Assembly (NCBI GenBank): GCA_963664405.1
Contig: OY761158.1
Span: 3,744,001 to 3,808,000, forward strand
Reading direction: 5' to 3'
Length of the DNA: 64,000 nucleotides
From: Thermoanaerobaculia bacterium
GTDB lineage: Bacteria; Acidobacteriota; Thermoanaerobaculia; Multivoradales; Multivoraceae
Part shown: one piece after another, positions 32,563 to 42,634 of the stretch
How the letters are laid out: the number at the start of each line of letters is the position of its first letter
Position numbering within the stretch: the stretch's first letter is position 1
Translations under genes and position numbers: made by a program
Notes under the pieces: generated by a model
The model's database searches: none
The model's input: the letters and a program-made list of their open reading frames with translations, nothing else
What the model was told of the DNA's origin: nothing

Positions 32563-33339
32563 ATGTCTATTTTGGAGATCAAAGATCTGCACGCCCGAGT
32601 CGAGGGTCAAGAGATCCTCAAAGGAGTGAACCTGCGAGTGGGTGCGGGCGAGATCCACGCCATCATGGGTCCGAACGGATCCGGCAAGAGCACCCTTGCG
32701 CAGGTTCTCGCCGGCAAGGCGGAATACGAGGTGACCGCTGGAGAGATCCTCTATAAGGGGGAGGATCTGCTCGAGCTGTCACCCGAGGAGAGAGCCCAGG
32801 CGGGCATCTTCATGGCCTTTCAATATCCGGTAGAGATTCCAGGTGTTTCCAATACCTACTTTCTCAAAGCCGCGCTCAACGCGATCCGCAAAGCGCGGGG
32901 CGAGAGCGATCTCGATGCCGTCGACTTCCTCAAATTGGTGCGCGAAAGAGTCGAGCTGGTACAGCTCGACGAGAGTCTGATGAGCCGGCCTGTGAATGAG
33001 GGCTTCTCGGGTGGAGAGAAGAAGCGCAACGAGATTTTCCACATGGCCGTTCTCGAGCCGACGCTTGCAATTCTCGACGAAACCGACTCCGGGCTCGATA
33101 TCGATGCCTTGCGCGTTGTCGCCGACGGTGTGAACAGCATGCTCCGAGACGACCGGGCTTTTGTCGTCATAACCCACTACCAGAGGTTGCTCGACTACAT
33201 CATCCCCGATCACGTTCACGTGCTCGTGCATGGACGGATCGTTCGCTCGGGCACAAAGGAGCTGGCCTTGGAGCTGGAGGAGAAGGGCTACTCCTGGGTC
33301 GAAGAAGAAGCCGCCACAGGCGAGGCAGTTTCTGCCTGA
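32563..33339 (+). CDS. sufC: Fe-S cluster assembly ATPase SufC
   Basis: [30 protein letters not shown]. Confidence 0.98.
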   Translation: MSILEIKDLHARVEGQEILKGVNLRVGAGEIHAIMGPNGSGKSTLAQVLAGKAEYEVTAGEILYKGEDLLELSPEERAQAGIFMAFQYPVEIPGVSNTYFLKAALNAIRKARGESDLDAVDFLKLVRERVELVQLDESLMSRPVNEGFSGGEKKRNEIFHMAVLEPTLAILDETDSGLDIDALRVVADGVNSMLRDDRAFVVITHYQRLLDYIIPDHVHVLVHGRIVRSGTKELALELEEKGYSWVEEEAATGEAVSA

Positions 33340-33350
33340 AGGGTGTAGCG

Positions 33351-34673
33351 ATGGCCCTTTCAACCGCAGCTCAGTCCTATCTCGAAGGCTACGAGGCCTT
33401 TGCGGCACTCGGCGCCGAACCACCGCAGCTGGTGGAGCTTCGTTCTCACGCCAGGGAGCGTTTCGAGGCGCTCGGGTTCCCCAGTGTGCTCGAAGAGGAG
33501 TGGCGTTTCACCAACGTTGCCCCGCTGGCCCGCAGTGGTCTCGAGAACCTCGTCGAGGCCGGCTCTGTGAATGCAGCCCAGGTCGATGCTCTGAGCTACG
33601 ACGGCTGCGATCGCCTGGTGTTTGTGGATGGTCGAGTGGCGCCGGAGCACTGCACTGTTGAGCGGCTTCCGGACGGTGCTTTCGTCGGTAGCCTGCGTCA
33701 GGCCCTGTCTGAATGCCCTGATCTCGTTCTGGAGCACCTCGGCCGCCATGCACCGACCCAGGATCGTGCCTTCTCGGCATTGAACACAGCTCTTTTCGTC
33801 GATGGCGCCGCCATTCTCGCTCCGAAGGGCTCGATCTTCGAGCGCCCGATCCATCTTCTCTTCATTGCGTCAGAAAGCGCGGAGGGCCATGCGTTCTATC
33901 CGCGCAACTTGGTGGTAGCAGGTGAGGCGAGTCAGCTCACGATTGTCGAAAGCTACGCGGGCCTCTGCAACCAGTACTTCAACTGTGTCGTCAGCGAGTT
34001 CGTTGGCGAGCAGAGCTCCCACGTCGATCACTACCGACTGCAGCGCGAGTCCAGAGCTTCGTTTCACATTGCAACGGTACAGACCTGGCTCGATCGCAGT
34101 GCGGTCTTCTCTTCCTACAATCTCGCCCTCGGCGGCAGACTGGTGCGGGTCGATACCGGCGCGATGCTCGATGGTGAGGGTATCGAGTGCACATTGAATG
34201 GGCTCTACATCGCCAGCGACGATCAGCTCATCGACAACCATATGCGGGTCGAGCACAAGAAGCCCCATTGCAATAGCCACGAGCTCTACAAGGGCATCCT
34301 CGACGGCCGTGCCCGGGCAGTCTTCAACGGTCGCATCTTTGTCCACCAAGGTGCCCAGAAGACCGACGCCAAGCAGACCAATAGGAACCTTCTGCTCTCG
34401 CGCGAAGCCTTGGTGAATAGCAATCCGCAGTTGGAGATCTTTGCCGACGATGTTCGCTGCACCCATGGCTCCACGGTTGGGCAGCTAGATGAGGAAGCGG
34501 TTTTCTACCTGCGCTCTCGGGGGATCGAGGAAGAGGCCGCTCGCAGCCTGCTGACCTACGCCTTCGCCAATGAGGTTGCTGAAGGTATTCGGTTGCCCGA
34601 GGTCAGGCAGGAAGTCGAGGAGTTTCTCTTCAACCGCCTGGCGGCGGGAGAGATCGTTAGGCAAGCGGTATGA
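33351..34673 (+). CDS. sufD: Fe-S cluster assembly protein SufD
   Basis: EEWRFTN, AQKTDAKQ, PQLEIFADDVRCTHG. Confidence 0.97.
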   Translation: MALSTAAQSYLEGYEAFAALGAEPPQLVELRSHARERFEALGFPSVLEEEWRFTNVAPLARSGLENLVEAGSVNAAQVDALSYDGCDRLVFVDGRVAPEHCTVERLPDGAFVGSLRQALSECPDLVLEHLGRHAPTQDRAFSALNTALFVDGAAILAPKGSIFERPIHLLFIASESAEGHAFYPRNLVVAGEASQLTIVESYAGLCNQYFNCVVSEFVGEQSSHVDHYRLQRESRASFHIATVQTWLDRSAVFSSYNLALGGRLVRVDTGAMLDGEGIECTLNGLYIASDDQLIDNHMRVEHKKPHCNSHELYKGILDGRARAVFNGRIFVHQGAQKTDAKQTNRNLLLSREALVNSNPQLEIFADDVRCTHGSTVGQLDEEAVFYLRSRGIEEEAARSLLTYAFANEVAEGIRLPEVRQEVEEFLFNRLAAGEIVRQAV

Positions 34674-35935
34674 CCGAGGTGATTATCGAGGCAGCGGAGA
34701 CCGTCGAGCGCAGCTCTTTCGAGGTCGAGCGAGTGCGCCGGGACTTCCCCATACTGGGCCAATCGGTCCGGGGCAATCCGCTTGTCTATTTGGACAGTGC
34801 GGCCAGCGCCCAGAAGCCTCAGGTCGTACTCGACGCGATCGCCGAGTGTTACGAGGAGTACTACGCCAATGTGCATCGTGGCGTTCACCGGCTCTCAGTG
34901 CGCTCGACCGACGCTTACGAAGCGGCTCGAGAAGTGGCTCGGAGCTTTATCAACGCACCCAAGCTCGAAGAGGTCGTTTTCGTTAGGGGAACAACCGAAG
35001 CAGTGAACCTCGTCGCCGGGACCTATGGACGCCAATCTCTGAATGCCGGAGACGAGGTCCTGATTACCGAGCTCGAGCACCACTCGAACATCGTGCCTTG
35101 GCAGATGCTGTGCCGTGAGAAGGGCGCCAGGTTGCGCGTCGCGCCGATCAATGACCGCGGCGAAGTCATGCTCGACGAGTACGAGAGCCTACTCTCCGAC
35201 CGCACTCGGGTGGTGGCTTTGGCGCACATCTCCAACGCTCTCGGTACTATCAACCCGGTGCGGCAGATGGCCGACATCGCGCATCAGCACGGTGCGGTGG
35301 TCTTCGTCGACGGTGCGCAGGGGGCACCGCACGCAGCCATCGACGTCGTGGCGCTGGGCTGCGACTTCTATGCCTTCTCGGGCCATAAGGCCTTTGGCCC
35401 CACCGGGATCGGTGTGCTGTGGGGGCGCCTGCCCCTACTCGAGGCGATGCCCCCCTACCAGACCGGTGGCGAGATGATTCGCACCGTCAGCTTCGAAGAA
35501 TCCGAGTGGAATGTCGTTCCCCAGAAATTCGAGGCCGGTACGCCCAATATCGTCGGTGCTATCGGCTTGGCCGCCGCCCTTCGTTACCTGCAGGCACTCG
35601 ACCGCGAGGGTTGGCAGGCCCACGAGGCGCTACTGCTCGAGGAAGCGACACGCCGGCTGGAGGGCCGACCGGGGGTCCGTCTTCTCGGCACGGCGGCGCG
35701 CAAGTCCTCCCTGGTCTCTTTCGTGATCGAAGACGTACACGCGCATGATGTCGGCACCATTCTCGACGAGGAGGGCGTGGCGGTACGCACCGGCCATCAC
35801 TGTGCCCAGCCGGTAATGAAGCATTTCGGAGTCGCAGCTTCGGTGCGCGCGTCGATGGCGGTCTACAACACCCTCGACGATGTCGATGCGTTGATCCGTT
35901 CGCTCGATCGCGTAGACGAGGTCTTCGGTCGATGA
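34670..35935 (+). CDS. sufS: Cysteine desulfurase SufS
   Basis: YLDSAASAQKP, EHHSN, FSGHK, RTGHHCAQP. Confidence 0.97.
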   Translation: MTEVIIEAAETVERSSFEVERVRRDFPILGQSVRGNPLVYLDSAASAQKPQVVLDAIAECYEEYYANVHRGVHRLSVRSTDAYEAAREVARSFINAPKLEEVVFVRGTTEAVNLVAGTYGRQSLNAGDEVLITELEHHSNIVPWQMLCREKGARLRVAPINDRGEVMLDEYESLLSDRTRVVALAHISNALGTINPVRQMADIAHQHGAVVFVDGAQGAPHAAIDVVALGCDFYAFSGHKAFGPTGIGVLWGRLPLLEAMPPYQTGGEMIRTVSFEESEWNVVPQKFEAGTPNIVGAIGLAAALRYLQALDREGWQAHEALLLEEATRRLEGRPGVRLLGTAARKSSLVSFVIEDVHAHDVGTILDEEGVAVRTGHHCAQPVMKHFGVAASVRASMAVYNTLDDVDALIRSLDRVDEVFGR

Positions 35936-36384
35936 GCCCGGTCTCCGACGAGCTGCGTGCCCTTTACCAGGAAGTCATCCTGGATCATTACAAGCGCCCT
36001 CGCAACTTCGGCGAGCTCGACCCCGCGGACTCGACCGCCGAAGGGTATAACCCTCTCTGTGGCGACCAGATCAAGGTCTTTGTGCGCATGGACGGAGAGG
36101 TGGTCGAAGCCGTGCAGTTCGAAGGGGCGGGATGCGCCATCTCGACCGCGTCGGCCTCGCTGATGACCGAAGCCGTCAAAGGGAAGACTCGCGCCGAGGC
36201 GGAGGATCTCTTCAAGAGCTTTCGCGATCTGGTGACCGGATCGGAGGCATCGGAGGCGGATCTGGGCAAGCTGGAAGTTCTTGCTGGCGTGCGCGACTAT
36301 CCGATACGCATCAAGTGTGCGGTGTTGGCGTGGCACGCCTTGCACTCGGCGCTCGGCTCTCGCGACACGATCTCGACCGAGTGA
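35932..36384 (+). CDS. sufU: SUF NifU-family protein SufU
   Basis: LYQEVILDH, NPLCGD, GCAIS, RIKCA. Confidence 0.96.
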   Translation: MSPVSDELRALYQEVILDHYKRPRNFGELDPADSTAEGYNPLCGDQIKVFVRMDGEVVEAVQFEGAGCAISTASASLMTEAVKGKTRAEAEDLFKSFRDLVTGSEASEADLGKLEVLAGVRDYPIRIKCAVLAWHALHSALGSRDTISTE

Positions 36385-36420
36385 CGTCACTCCGCAGTGC
36401 CGAGGGGTCGACGTGGCGCC

Positions 36421-37965
36421 CTATACCCCGGGTGAGACAAAGTGCCCAGTTGTGGGCTGCGCCCCAGGATCGGTGGTCTCTTCGAGATGCTCTCGAAATC
36501 GCAGATGCCGGCGCCGTGTGATCTCGACCAGGGGCTTCCAGAGTGCGTGGGTCAAGCGCCAGCGGATGAGGAAGTGCCACAGCTTGTTCGACCGCTTGTA
36601 GAGGTAACACATCGCCAGATAGGGAGCGATCGCCGAGATCTGACGGGGTCGCTTGCGCCAGATGCTGCGATGGGAGAAGAGTCGTTGGTAGCAGCGGGCG
36701 TAGCCCTCCTCCAATGCCTCGGGAGACATGTTGCGGGGGCGGAAGACTGCGTGTGCCGTGTCGTAGCGACTCCAGTCGCGGTGAAGAATTCGGCCTTCGG
36801 CCTCGAGCCTGCGGTAAAGGGGTGTTGCCGGATAGGGAGTGAGGATGTGGAAGGTCGCGCACTCGAGCCGGTTCTCTTCGATCCACGCAACCGTTTCGTC
36901 GAACACCCCTTCGTGGTCGTGATCGAAGCCGAGGACGAAGCTTCCGTTGACCTGGATTCCATGGTCGTGGAAGAGCTCGACACGCCAAGCATAGTCCTCC
37001 GGCCCTGGAGTCCGCTTGCCGGCCTCGCGCAGGTTGTCACCGGTCAAAGACTCGAGACCGATGAAGACACCCGTGCAGCCGGCGAGCGCCATCTCCCGCA
37101 CCAGATCTGGCTCGTCGCTAACGTCGATGGTAACCGCGGCGCTCCAGATCACCTCGACCTCGCGCAGTGCGGTGCATAGCCGTCGCAGGTAGGCCCGGTT
37201 GGATCCGAGGTTATTGTCGACGAAAACAACATACGGCTCAGCGCAGGCTTCGATCTCTGCGACGACTTGCTCCACGTCGCGCATGCGATAGGGCATGCGA
37301 AGACCATCCGTGGCGAGGTAACAAAAGCCACATCGGTTGTGGCACCCGCGGGTCGCGATCAGGCTGGCTCGAGTGAGGAAATCGCGTGTCGGCAGTAATT
37401 GTCGTCGCGGAGGAGGGTCCAGGCGGAAAGGTCGATCGAAGTCGGCCCGGTACTCGGCTTGGAGTGACCCGGCCTCGACGTCCTCCAGAATTCGCGGCCA
37501 CAGCTGCACGCCGTCGCCGACGGCGATCGAATCGGCGTGGGGCCGCACCTCCTCAGGGCAGGACAAGACGTGGAGGCCCCCCATGACGACCAGGCTTCCG
37601 CGCTGGCGAAAGTGGGCAGCGAGCTCATAGGCGCGCTGCGCGAAGGTGAGGTGCACGGTAATGCCGACGACTTGCGGGGCGGGGTCGGATGGCGGCGGCC
37701 CCTGCAGAAGATTCTCGTCCCAATAGCGAACGGTCCATGGCTCGGGCGTTGCTCCAGCGATGCTGGTCAGCGCCAGGGTCGGGGTCAGAACGTGCTTGCC
37801 GAAGCTAGAGTGAGGGTCCTTGCTGTAGAAGGGATTGACGAGCAGGGCGGATCGGGGCTCAACGTTGCGAGGGGGCCTTAGGGTGGCTAGCGGCGGGGCT
37901 TGTCGGAGCGAGGGTGGCATTCGTGCGAAGGCGCTTGAGTAGGTCTTGTTCTCTGGGTGTTCCAT
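36421..37965 (-). CDS. Cobalamin-binding radical SAM protein
   Basis: MGGLH B12-domain motif, RGCHNRCGFC, IGLES, GFDHD, LTPYPATP. Confidence 0.9.
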   Translation of the reverse strand: MEHPENKTYSSAFARMPPSLRQAPPLATLRPPRNVEPRSALLVNPFYSKDPHSSFGKHVLTPTLALTSIAGATPEPWTVRYWDENLLQGPPPSDPAPQVVGITVHLTFAQRAYELAAHFRQRGSLVVMGGLHVLSCPEEVRPHADSIAVGDGVQLWPRILEDVEAGSLQAEYRADFDRPFRLDPPPRRQLLPTRDFLTRASLIATRGCHNRCGFCYLATDGLRMPYRMRDVEQVVAEIEACAEPYVVFVDNNLGSNRAYLRRLCTALREVEVIWSAAVTIDVSDEPDLVREMALAGCTGVFIGLESLTGDNLREAGKRTPGPEDYAWRVELFHDHGIQVNGSFVLGFDHDHEGVFDETVAWIEENRLECATFHILTPYPATPLYRRLEAEGRILHRDWSRYDTAHAVFRPRNMSPEALEEGYARCYQRLFSHRSIWRKRPRQISAIAPYLAMCYLYKRSNKLWHFLIRWRLTHALWKPLVEITRRRHLRFREHLEETTDPGAQPTTGHFVSPGV

Positions 37966-37989
37966 GGGACTGCCTTTCTAATATGAAGT

Positions 37990-38031
37990 ACTTTTAGACT
38001 AAAAGTTAATTGCATCGAGAAGTAATGTCAA
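37990..38031 (-). promoter_or_regulatory. Promoter and palindromic operator of the radical SAM gene
   Basis: Minus strand TTGACA-17nt-TAACTT overlapping ACTTTTAG-a-CTAAAAGT (37990-38006). Confidence 0.6.
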
Positions 38032-38115
38032 GTGGGGCCGCGCGATCTCGCTCCCTGCTAGGATCGCGATCGGTCGGAGAATCGAATCTGGCGAGATGGT
38101 TAGGAGGAAGGGATC

Positions 38116-38622
38116 ATGCGTTCAAAAGGGTTGCTGCTTCTGGGGCTGACTCTCGTCGGCTTCCCGCTATTGAGCGAAGAGGTCGGCGTAGTGAACGAAA
38201 TCTCTCCGAGCCCGGGTGTTCTATTCGGTGGACAGCCGACGGCCGAGCAGCTCGACGCGCTGGCGGCAAGCGGCTATAAGACCGTCCTCGACCTGCGTGG
38301 TGTGAACGAGGATCGCGGATTCGACGAGGCGGCGGTAGCCCGCCGAGCGGGGCTCACCTATCTGCCGGTGCCGGTGACCGGTGAGACGATGGCCCAAGCC
38401 GAGACTTTCGACCAATTTATTCGTCATTTCAAGCAAGCCGAGAAGCCGATGCTGGTGCATTGCGCCAGCGGAGGTCGGGTCGGCGCTCTCTACTACGCTT
38501 GGCTCGTCGCCAGCGAGAAAATGCCTCGCGAGCAGGCACTCGAGGAGGCAAAGGACAACAGTCATGCCAGCGACGCGCTGTTTCAGCGTGTCGATCTCTT
38601 CCTGGATGGAAAGCTAGAGTAG
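38116..38622 (+). CDS. Secreted PTP-like/DUF442 sulfur-transferase-domain protein
   Basis: Signal peptide, GGQP, VLDLR, HCASGGR. Confidence 0.85.
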   Translation: MRSKGLLLLGLTLVGFPLLSEEVGVVNEISPSPGVLFGGQPTAEQLDALAASGYKTVLDLRGVNEDRGFDEAAVARRAGLTYLPVPVTGETMAQAETFDQFIRHFKQAEKPMLVHCASGGRVGALYYAWLVASEKMPREQALEEAKDNSHASDALFQRVDLFLDGKLE

Positions 38623-38724
38623 CGGAGCGACTCGTCACCTCGGGCGGCCTTTCACCGAGCATCGGTGGAGGATGGACGAGAAGCTGAGTCGCAACAATCG
38701 GCCGCATATACAGGTGAGCTCTCA

Positions 38725-38753
38725 TTGACTGCCTTGGCGGGGCCTGGGATAAT
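38725..38753 (+). promoter_or_regulatory. Promoter for ricT-hfq
   Basis: TTGACT-17nt-GATAAT with extended TG. Confidence 0.55.
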
Positions 38754-38874
38754 GGCGCCAAGAAAAGAACGGTTGTTTAGCCAATTTCCCCTTCCAGATA
38801 GGGTACTTACGCAGAAGTAGTTGACGTGGAAGGAGTTCCGTCTCTGACATTCAGAGGCGTTGGAGGTAGAGACG

Positions 38875-39606
38875 ATGGGCGGCTGCAGCGGCTGTGCCTT
38901 TCATGGAGAGTCGACGGCGGTGGAGGATGCCTTCATCGGTGTTCGCTTCAGTGAAGAGACCAATCTGACCCTTTGCTCGACCGGCGGCAGGCGCTTTAGC
39001 CGTGGCGACAGGGTGATTGTCGAGCTCGGCGAGGGCCCGAGCCATGGCAGGGTGGAGAGCGTCCCCATGCCGGTGTTCAAGCCTTGCCAGAAGGCGAGCG
39101 CCAAGAAGATAGTCCGCATGGCGACCCAGAATGACGTGGCCGGCTACGAGCGCAAGCTGACCAGCGAAGTAAGAGCGAAGGCCTTTGCTCGCGAGAAGAT
39201 CCTGGCGCGGGATCTCGAGATGAAGATCTCCAAAGTCGATTTCTCGCTGAGTGGGCGCGCCGCGACTTTCCACTTCACTGCCGAACACAGAGTCGACTTC
39301 CGCGACCTCGTACGGGAGTTGGCACAGCGCTTCTCTGTGCGAGTGCGCATGATCCAAGTCGGTCCACGTGACGAGGCCGGGCTGCTCGGGGGTATCGGTG
39401 TTTGTGGAGAGACTTTGTGCTGTTCCACCTGGCTCAAGGATTTTCGCCCGATCTCGATCCAGATGGCGAAGCGACAGGGTTTGAGCTTGAACCCTTCCAA
39501 GATCTCGGGTCAGTGTGGGCGGCTCTTGTGCTGCCTCGCCTACGAGGACGAGGACTATAAGCGAAGCAGTCCCGGTTCTGGGTTGCGGGAGAGAGGGGCT
39601 GCTTGA
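38875..39606 (+). CDS. PSP1-domain / RicT (YaaT) Fe-S regulatory protein
   Basis: FTAEHRVDFRDLV, GGIGVCGETLCC, KISGQCGRLLCCL.YE. Confidence 0.9.
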   Translation: MGGCSGCAFHGESTAVEDAFIGVRFSEETNLTLCSTGGRRFSRGDRVIVELGEGPSHGRVESVPMPVFKPCQKASAKKIVRMATQNDVAGYERKLTSEVRAKAFAREKILARDLEMKISKVDFSLSGRAATFHFTAEHRVDFRDLVRELAQRFSVRVRMIQVGPRDEAGLLGGIGVCGETLCCSTWLKDFRPISIQMAKRQGLSLNPSKISGQCGRLLCCLAYEDEDYKRSSPGSGLRERGAA

Positions 39607-39956
39607 TGAACGATCGCAAGCTGATCCGTCCCGACCTCGAAGACATCAAGAGGTCACCGGCCTCCCGCGGAGCTCGTCGTCGCGCCGCACCGCCGGAGCA
39701 GACCAACGCTGAGGAGTTCTACTACCTCAAGCAGATGGCGGCGAAAACGCCAATTGTGATGATCCTCACCGACGGCGAAGAGTTGCATGGCTGGATCGAG
39801 TGGTACGACAAGGGGTCGATCAAACTGAACCGAACCGAAGGTCCGAATCTCCTCATCCTCAAGCACAACATCCGCTACATGTTCAAGGAAGAGGAGCAGC
39901 GGAGAAGGGCGAGGCGGGCCTCCAGGTCCGGCACGGCTGGTCTAGAGCCGCGCTGA
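39606..39956 (+). CDS. hfq: Hfq-like RNA chaperone
   Basis: Sm-fold pattern GEELHGWIEWYDK...LLILKHNI. Confidence 0.75.
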   Translation: MNDRKLIRPDLEDIKRSPASRGARRRAAPPEQTNAEEFYYLKQMAAKTPIVMILTDGEELHGWIEWYDKGSIKLNRTEGPNLLILKHNIRYMFKEEEQRRRARRASRSGTAGLEPR

Positions 39957-39959
39957 GCG

Positions 39960-41417
39960 CTAGGAGGCGCCGCGACCGGAGAGGACGGCCGGGATCGTCT
40001 TGAGCAGAATCTTGAAGTCGAGGAGCGTCGACCAGGAGTCGATGTATTCCAGGTCGAGTCGCATCCAACGATCGAAGTCGCTGGTGTCGTTGCGTCCAGT
40101 GATCTGCCAAAGGCAGGTGAGCCCGGGTTTCATCGCCAGTCGGCGCCGTTGCCAAGGCTGGTATCTGGCGACTTCTTCCGGAATCGGCGGCCTGGGTCCG
40201 ACCAGACTCATTTCCCCGCGGAGGACGTTCCAGAGCTGAGGTAGCTCATCCAGGCTGAAGCGTCGAAGGAGTCGACCGACGCCGGTCACACGAGGATCCT
40301 TCTTGAGCTTGAAGACGGGACCTGTCATCTCGTTGAGTGCCATCAGGTCGCGCCGCCTCTCGTGGGCTCCTTCCTCCATCGTGCGGAACTTGTAGAGGGT
40401 GAAGAGGCGGCCGTTGAGGCCGCAACGGGTCTGCCGGAAGAGGATGCTGCCGCTCGAGCCGATCTTGACCGCTAGGGCGATGAGGCAGATCGTCGGCAAA
40501 CCCGGCACCAGCAGAAGCAGGGCCAGCGCGACATCGAAGAAGCGTTTCGACGCAAGGGCCAGAATGCCTGTCGGGGCCGGGGAGAAGCTGAGCAGAGGCA
40601 CGCCGTCCAGCTCCTCGAGCTCGACCTTGGCATGAGCGTGAGGAAAGAGACGGAGGGCGAATCGGGTGCGGATGCCGCGCTCGTGCAAGCTCAGAAAGGG
40701 ATTTTCCATCTGGTCCAGATCGCGGCGGTCGACGGCGAAGATGACATCGTCGACAATGTTGTGCTCGACAATGCGGTCGAGCTCCTCGACGGTGCCAAGG
40801 ACCGGGTAGCTCGGAGGAAGCTCCGCGTCGCTGCCCGTTCCAGAGCGCACCATCCCGAGGACACGGAAGCCCCAGAATACGTGAGAGCGGAGCGAATCGG
40901 CGATGGCCTGGCCAGAGGGGCCGGTGCCGACAACAATCACGGTTCGATAGTTGAGGCCTCGCGCGCGGGCGTAGCGGGAGGCCAACCGGAGGGAGACCTT
41001 TTCGCTGAGTACGAAGAGGCAGGAGAGAGCGGCGAAAAGGAAGATCCATGAGCGACTGATGAGGCCGTTGCCAAGGAGGAGCTCGTCGAGACGGAAGACG
41101 TAGATCATCAACGTGAAGATCACGCTGCCGGCGACCGATGAGCGGATGATGTCCCAGGCCTCGTCGACCAGCGGCACGGTTCGATGCGATCGGTATTCGC
41201 CCGAGAAGAGAAACAGCGAGCCCCAGATCGAGACCGCCAGCGGCAGAAGGGGAAAATAAGAGCGAAGAGGGTAGAGGTGACTGCCGAAGAAGGAAGGCAG
41301 GGTGGCTGGAAGGAAGTTACTGCGTAGCCAGTAAGCGACCAGGAAGGCCAATCCAACCAGGCCGAGATCAACGGCGAAGATGATTGTGCTGAGAAGCCGT
41401 GCCTGCTGCTTGAGCAT
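39960..41417 (-). CDS. Polyprenyl-phosphate phosphoglycosyl transferase (WcaJ-like)
   Basis: KRFFD, YKFRTM, DPRVT, SLDELPQ, MSLVGPRP, KPGLT. Confidence 0.93.
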   Translation of the reverse strand: MLKQQARLLSTIIFAVDLGLVGLAFLVAYWLRSNFLPATLPSFFGSHLYPLRSYFPLLPLAVSIWGSLFLFSGEYRSHRTVPLVDEAWDIIRSSVAGSVIFTLMIYVFRLDELLLGNGLISRSWIFLFAALSCLFVLSEKVSLRLASRYARARGLNYRTVIVVGTGPSGQAIADSLRSHVFWGFRVLGMVRSGTGSDAELPPSYPVLGTVEELDRIVEHNIVDDVIFAVDRRDLDQMENPFLSLHERGIRTRFALRLFPHAHAKVELEELDGVPLLSFSPAPTGILALASKRFFDVALALLLLVPGLPTICLIALAVKIGSSGSILFRQTRCGLNGRLFTLYKFRTMEEGAHERRRDLMALNEMTGPVFKLKKDPRVTGVGRLLRRFSLDELPQLWNVLRGEMSLVGPRPPIPEEVARYQPWQRRRLAMKPGLTCLWQITGRNDTSDFDRWMRLDLEYIDSWSTLLDFKILLKTIPAVLSGRGAS

Positions 41418-41527
41418 CGCTACTCCTGCTCCTCGGAGTCGAGCGCGGCCGTGGTGCTTGCACCCGCGTTATAGCGCCACAGCATACTTATATACGAGAG
41501 GAGCACCCCGTTCGCCCAAGCAGGAGG

Positions 41528-42634
41528 CTAAGAACCCGCCAGACGACGGAAAAGTTCAAAATACTGGTCAGTGATTGTATCCCAAGAGTAGCGAGTCGCT
41601 GCGCGACTGGCGGCTGCGTTTGCGAGCCTGCCCGCCGTTGCGGGCTCGTCGAGCACCTTGGTAAGCGCCCGGGCAAGCGAGCCGCTATCTGCGGCCTTGA
41701 AGTAGAGCCCCGCTTCCCCGACAACTTCGCGGTTCTCTGGATTGTCGTTGACAACGACGCAGTTGCCATAGCCCATTGCCTCCACCAGTGCTGGGTGGGT
41801 CCCTCCCACGTCGGTGGCGTGAATATAGGCCAGCGCGTGGTGTTGAAGCTGGCGGTAGGGCTCGTCATAGAGGGCGCCGGGGAAGACAACGCGCGGATCG
41901 GCATTGGTCTTGAAGCTGTTGATGAAGGCCCGCGCGTAGGGAGCGCTTCCCACCATGACTAGAGGGAGATCGCCTGGCACGTCGCGGTAGGCTTCGGCGA
42001 CTCGATGGGGGTTGTTTTCCTTCTCGAAGCGACTGACGTAGAGGAAGAATCCTCCGCTCTCCAATCCCAGGTCGTCGAGCACCGCTGTACCTGGATCGGT
42101 ATCGACATCGACTCCGTAGGTGATGTTGGTGGTTGCGACAGCGTAGCGCTGCTCGTAGTGGGAGGCGATGACTTCCGCGTCGCTGACGATCACCGTCGCA
42201 ACCCTCGACGCCAGCCGCTCGGAAAGTGCATAGACCGCTCTCCCCAGGGCTCCCCACTTGGCGCGGCGCTTCTCGATGCCATCGACATGGAGAGCGACCG
42301 GAATGCCGGCTCCTTCGAGCAAGGGCACGAATAGAGCGTTGGCCGAATTGACCACGAGGGCGGCGTCGAAAGGGCGTTCGGCGGCGTGGAGGCAAGAAAG
42401 TAGCGTGTGCGCCGGAGTATCCAGGTGCTTGGTGCGCAACGTCGGCAGGACGACCAGCCTGACTCCCCGATACTCGTTGAGATGTCTCGGTGTCATGTGG
42501 GAGCGGCAGTAGACGGTGACCTCGAGGCCCGCCGTCGCCAGGCGGGGCGCCAGCTCCTCCAGAAGCGTCTCGTAGCCGCCGTAACGCGCGGGGATACCGC
42601 GACTGCCGATCAGGGCGATGCGAAGCGGTCTCAC
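41528..42634 (-). CDS. GT4 glycosyltransferase (DUF1972 type)
   Basis: GSRGIPARYGGYET, VSRFEKEN, GGTHPALVEAM; GTG overlaps the upstream stop. Confidence 0.9.
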   Translation of the reverse strand: MRPLRIALIGSRGIPARYGGYETLLEELAPRLATAGLEVTVYCRSHMTPRHLNEYRGVRLVVLPTLRTKHLDTPAHTLLSCLHAAERPFDAALVVNSANALFVPLLEGAGIPVALHVDGIEKRRAKWGALGRAVYALSERLASRVATVIVSDAEVIASHYEQRYAVATTNITYGVDVDTDPGTAVLDDLGLESGGFFLYVSRFEKENNPHRVAEAYRDVPGDLPLVMVGSAPYARAFINSFKTNADPRVVFPGALYDEPYRQLQHHALAYIHATDVGGTHPALVEAMGYGNCVVVNDNPENREVVGEAGLYFKAADSGSLARALTKVLDEPATAGRLANAAASRAATRYSWDTITDQYFELFRRLAGS

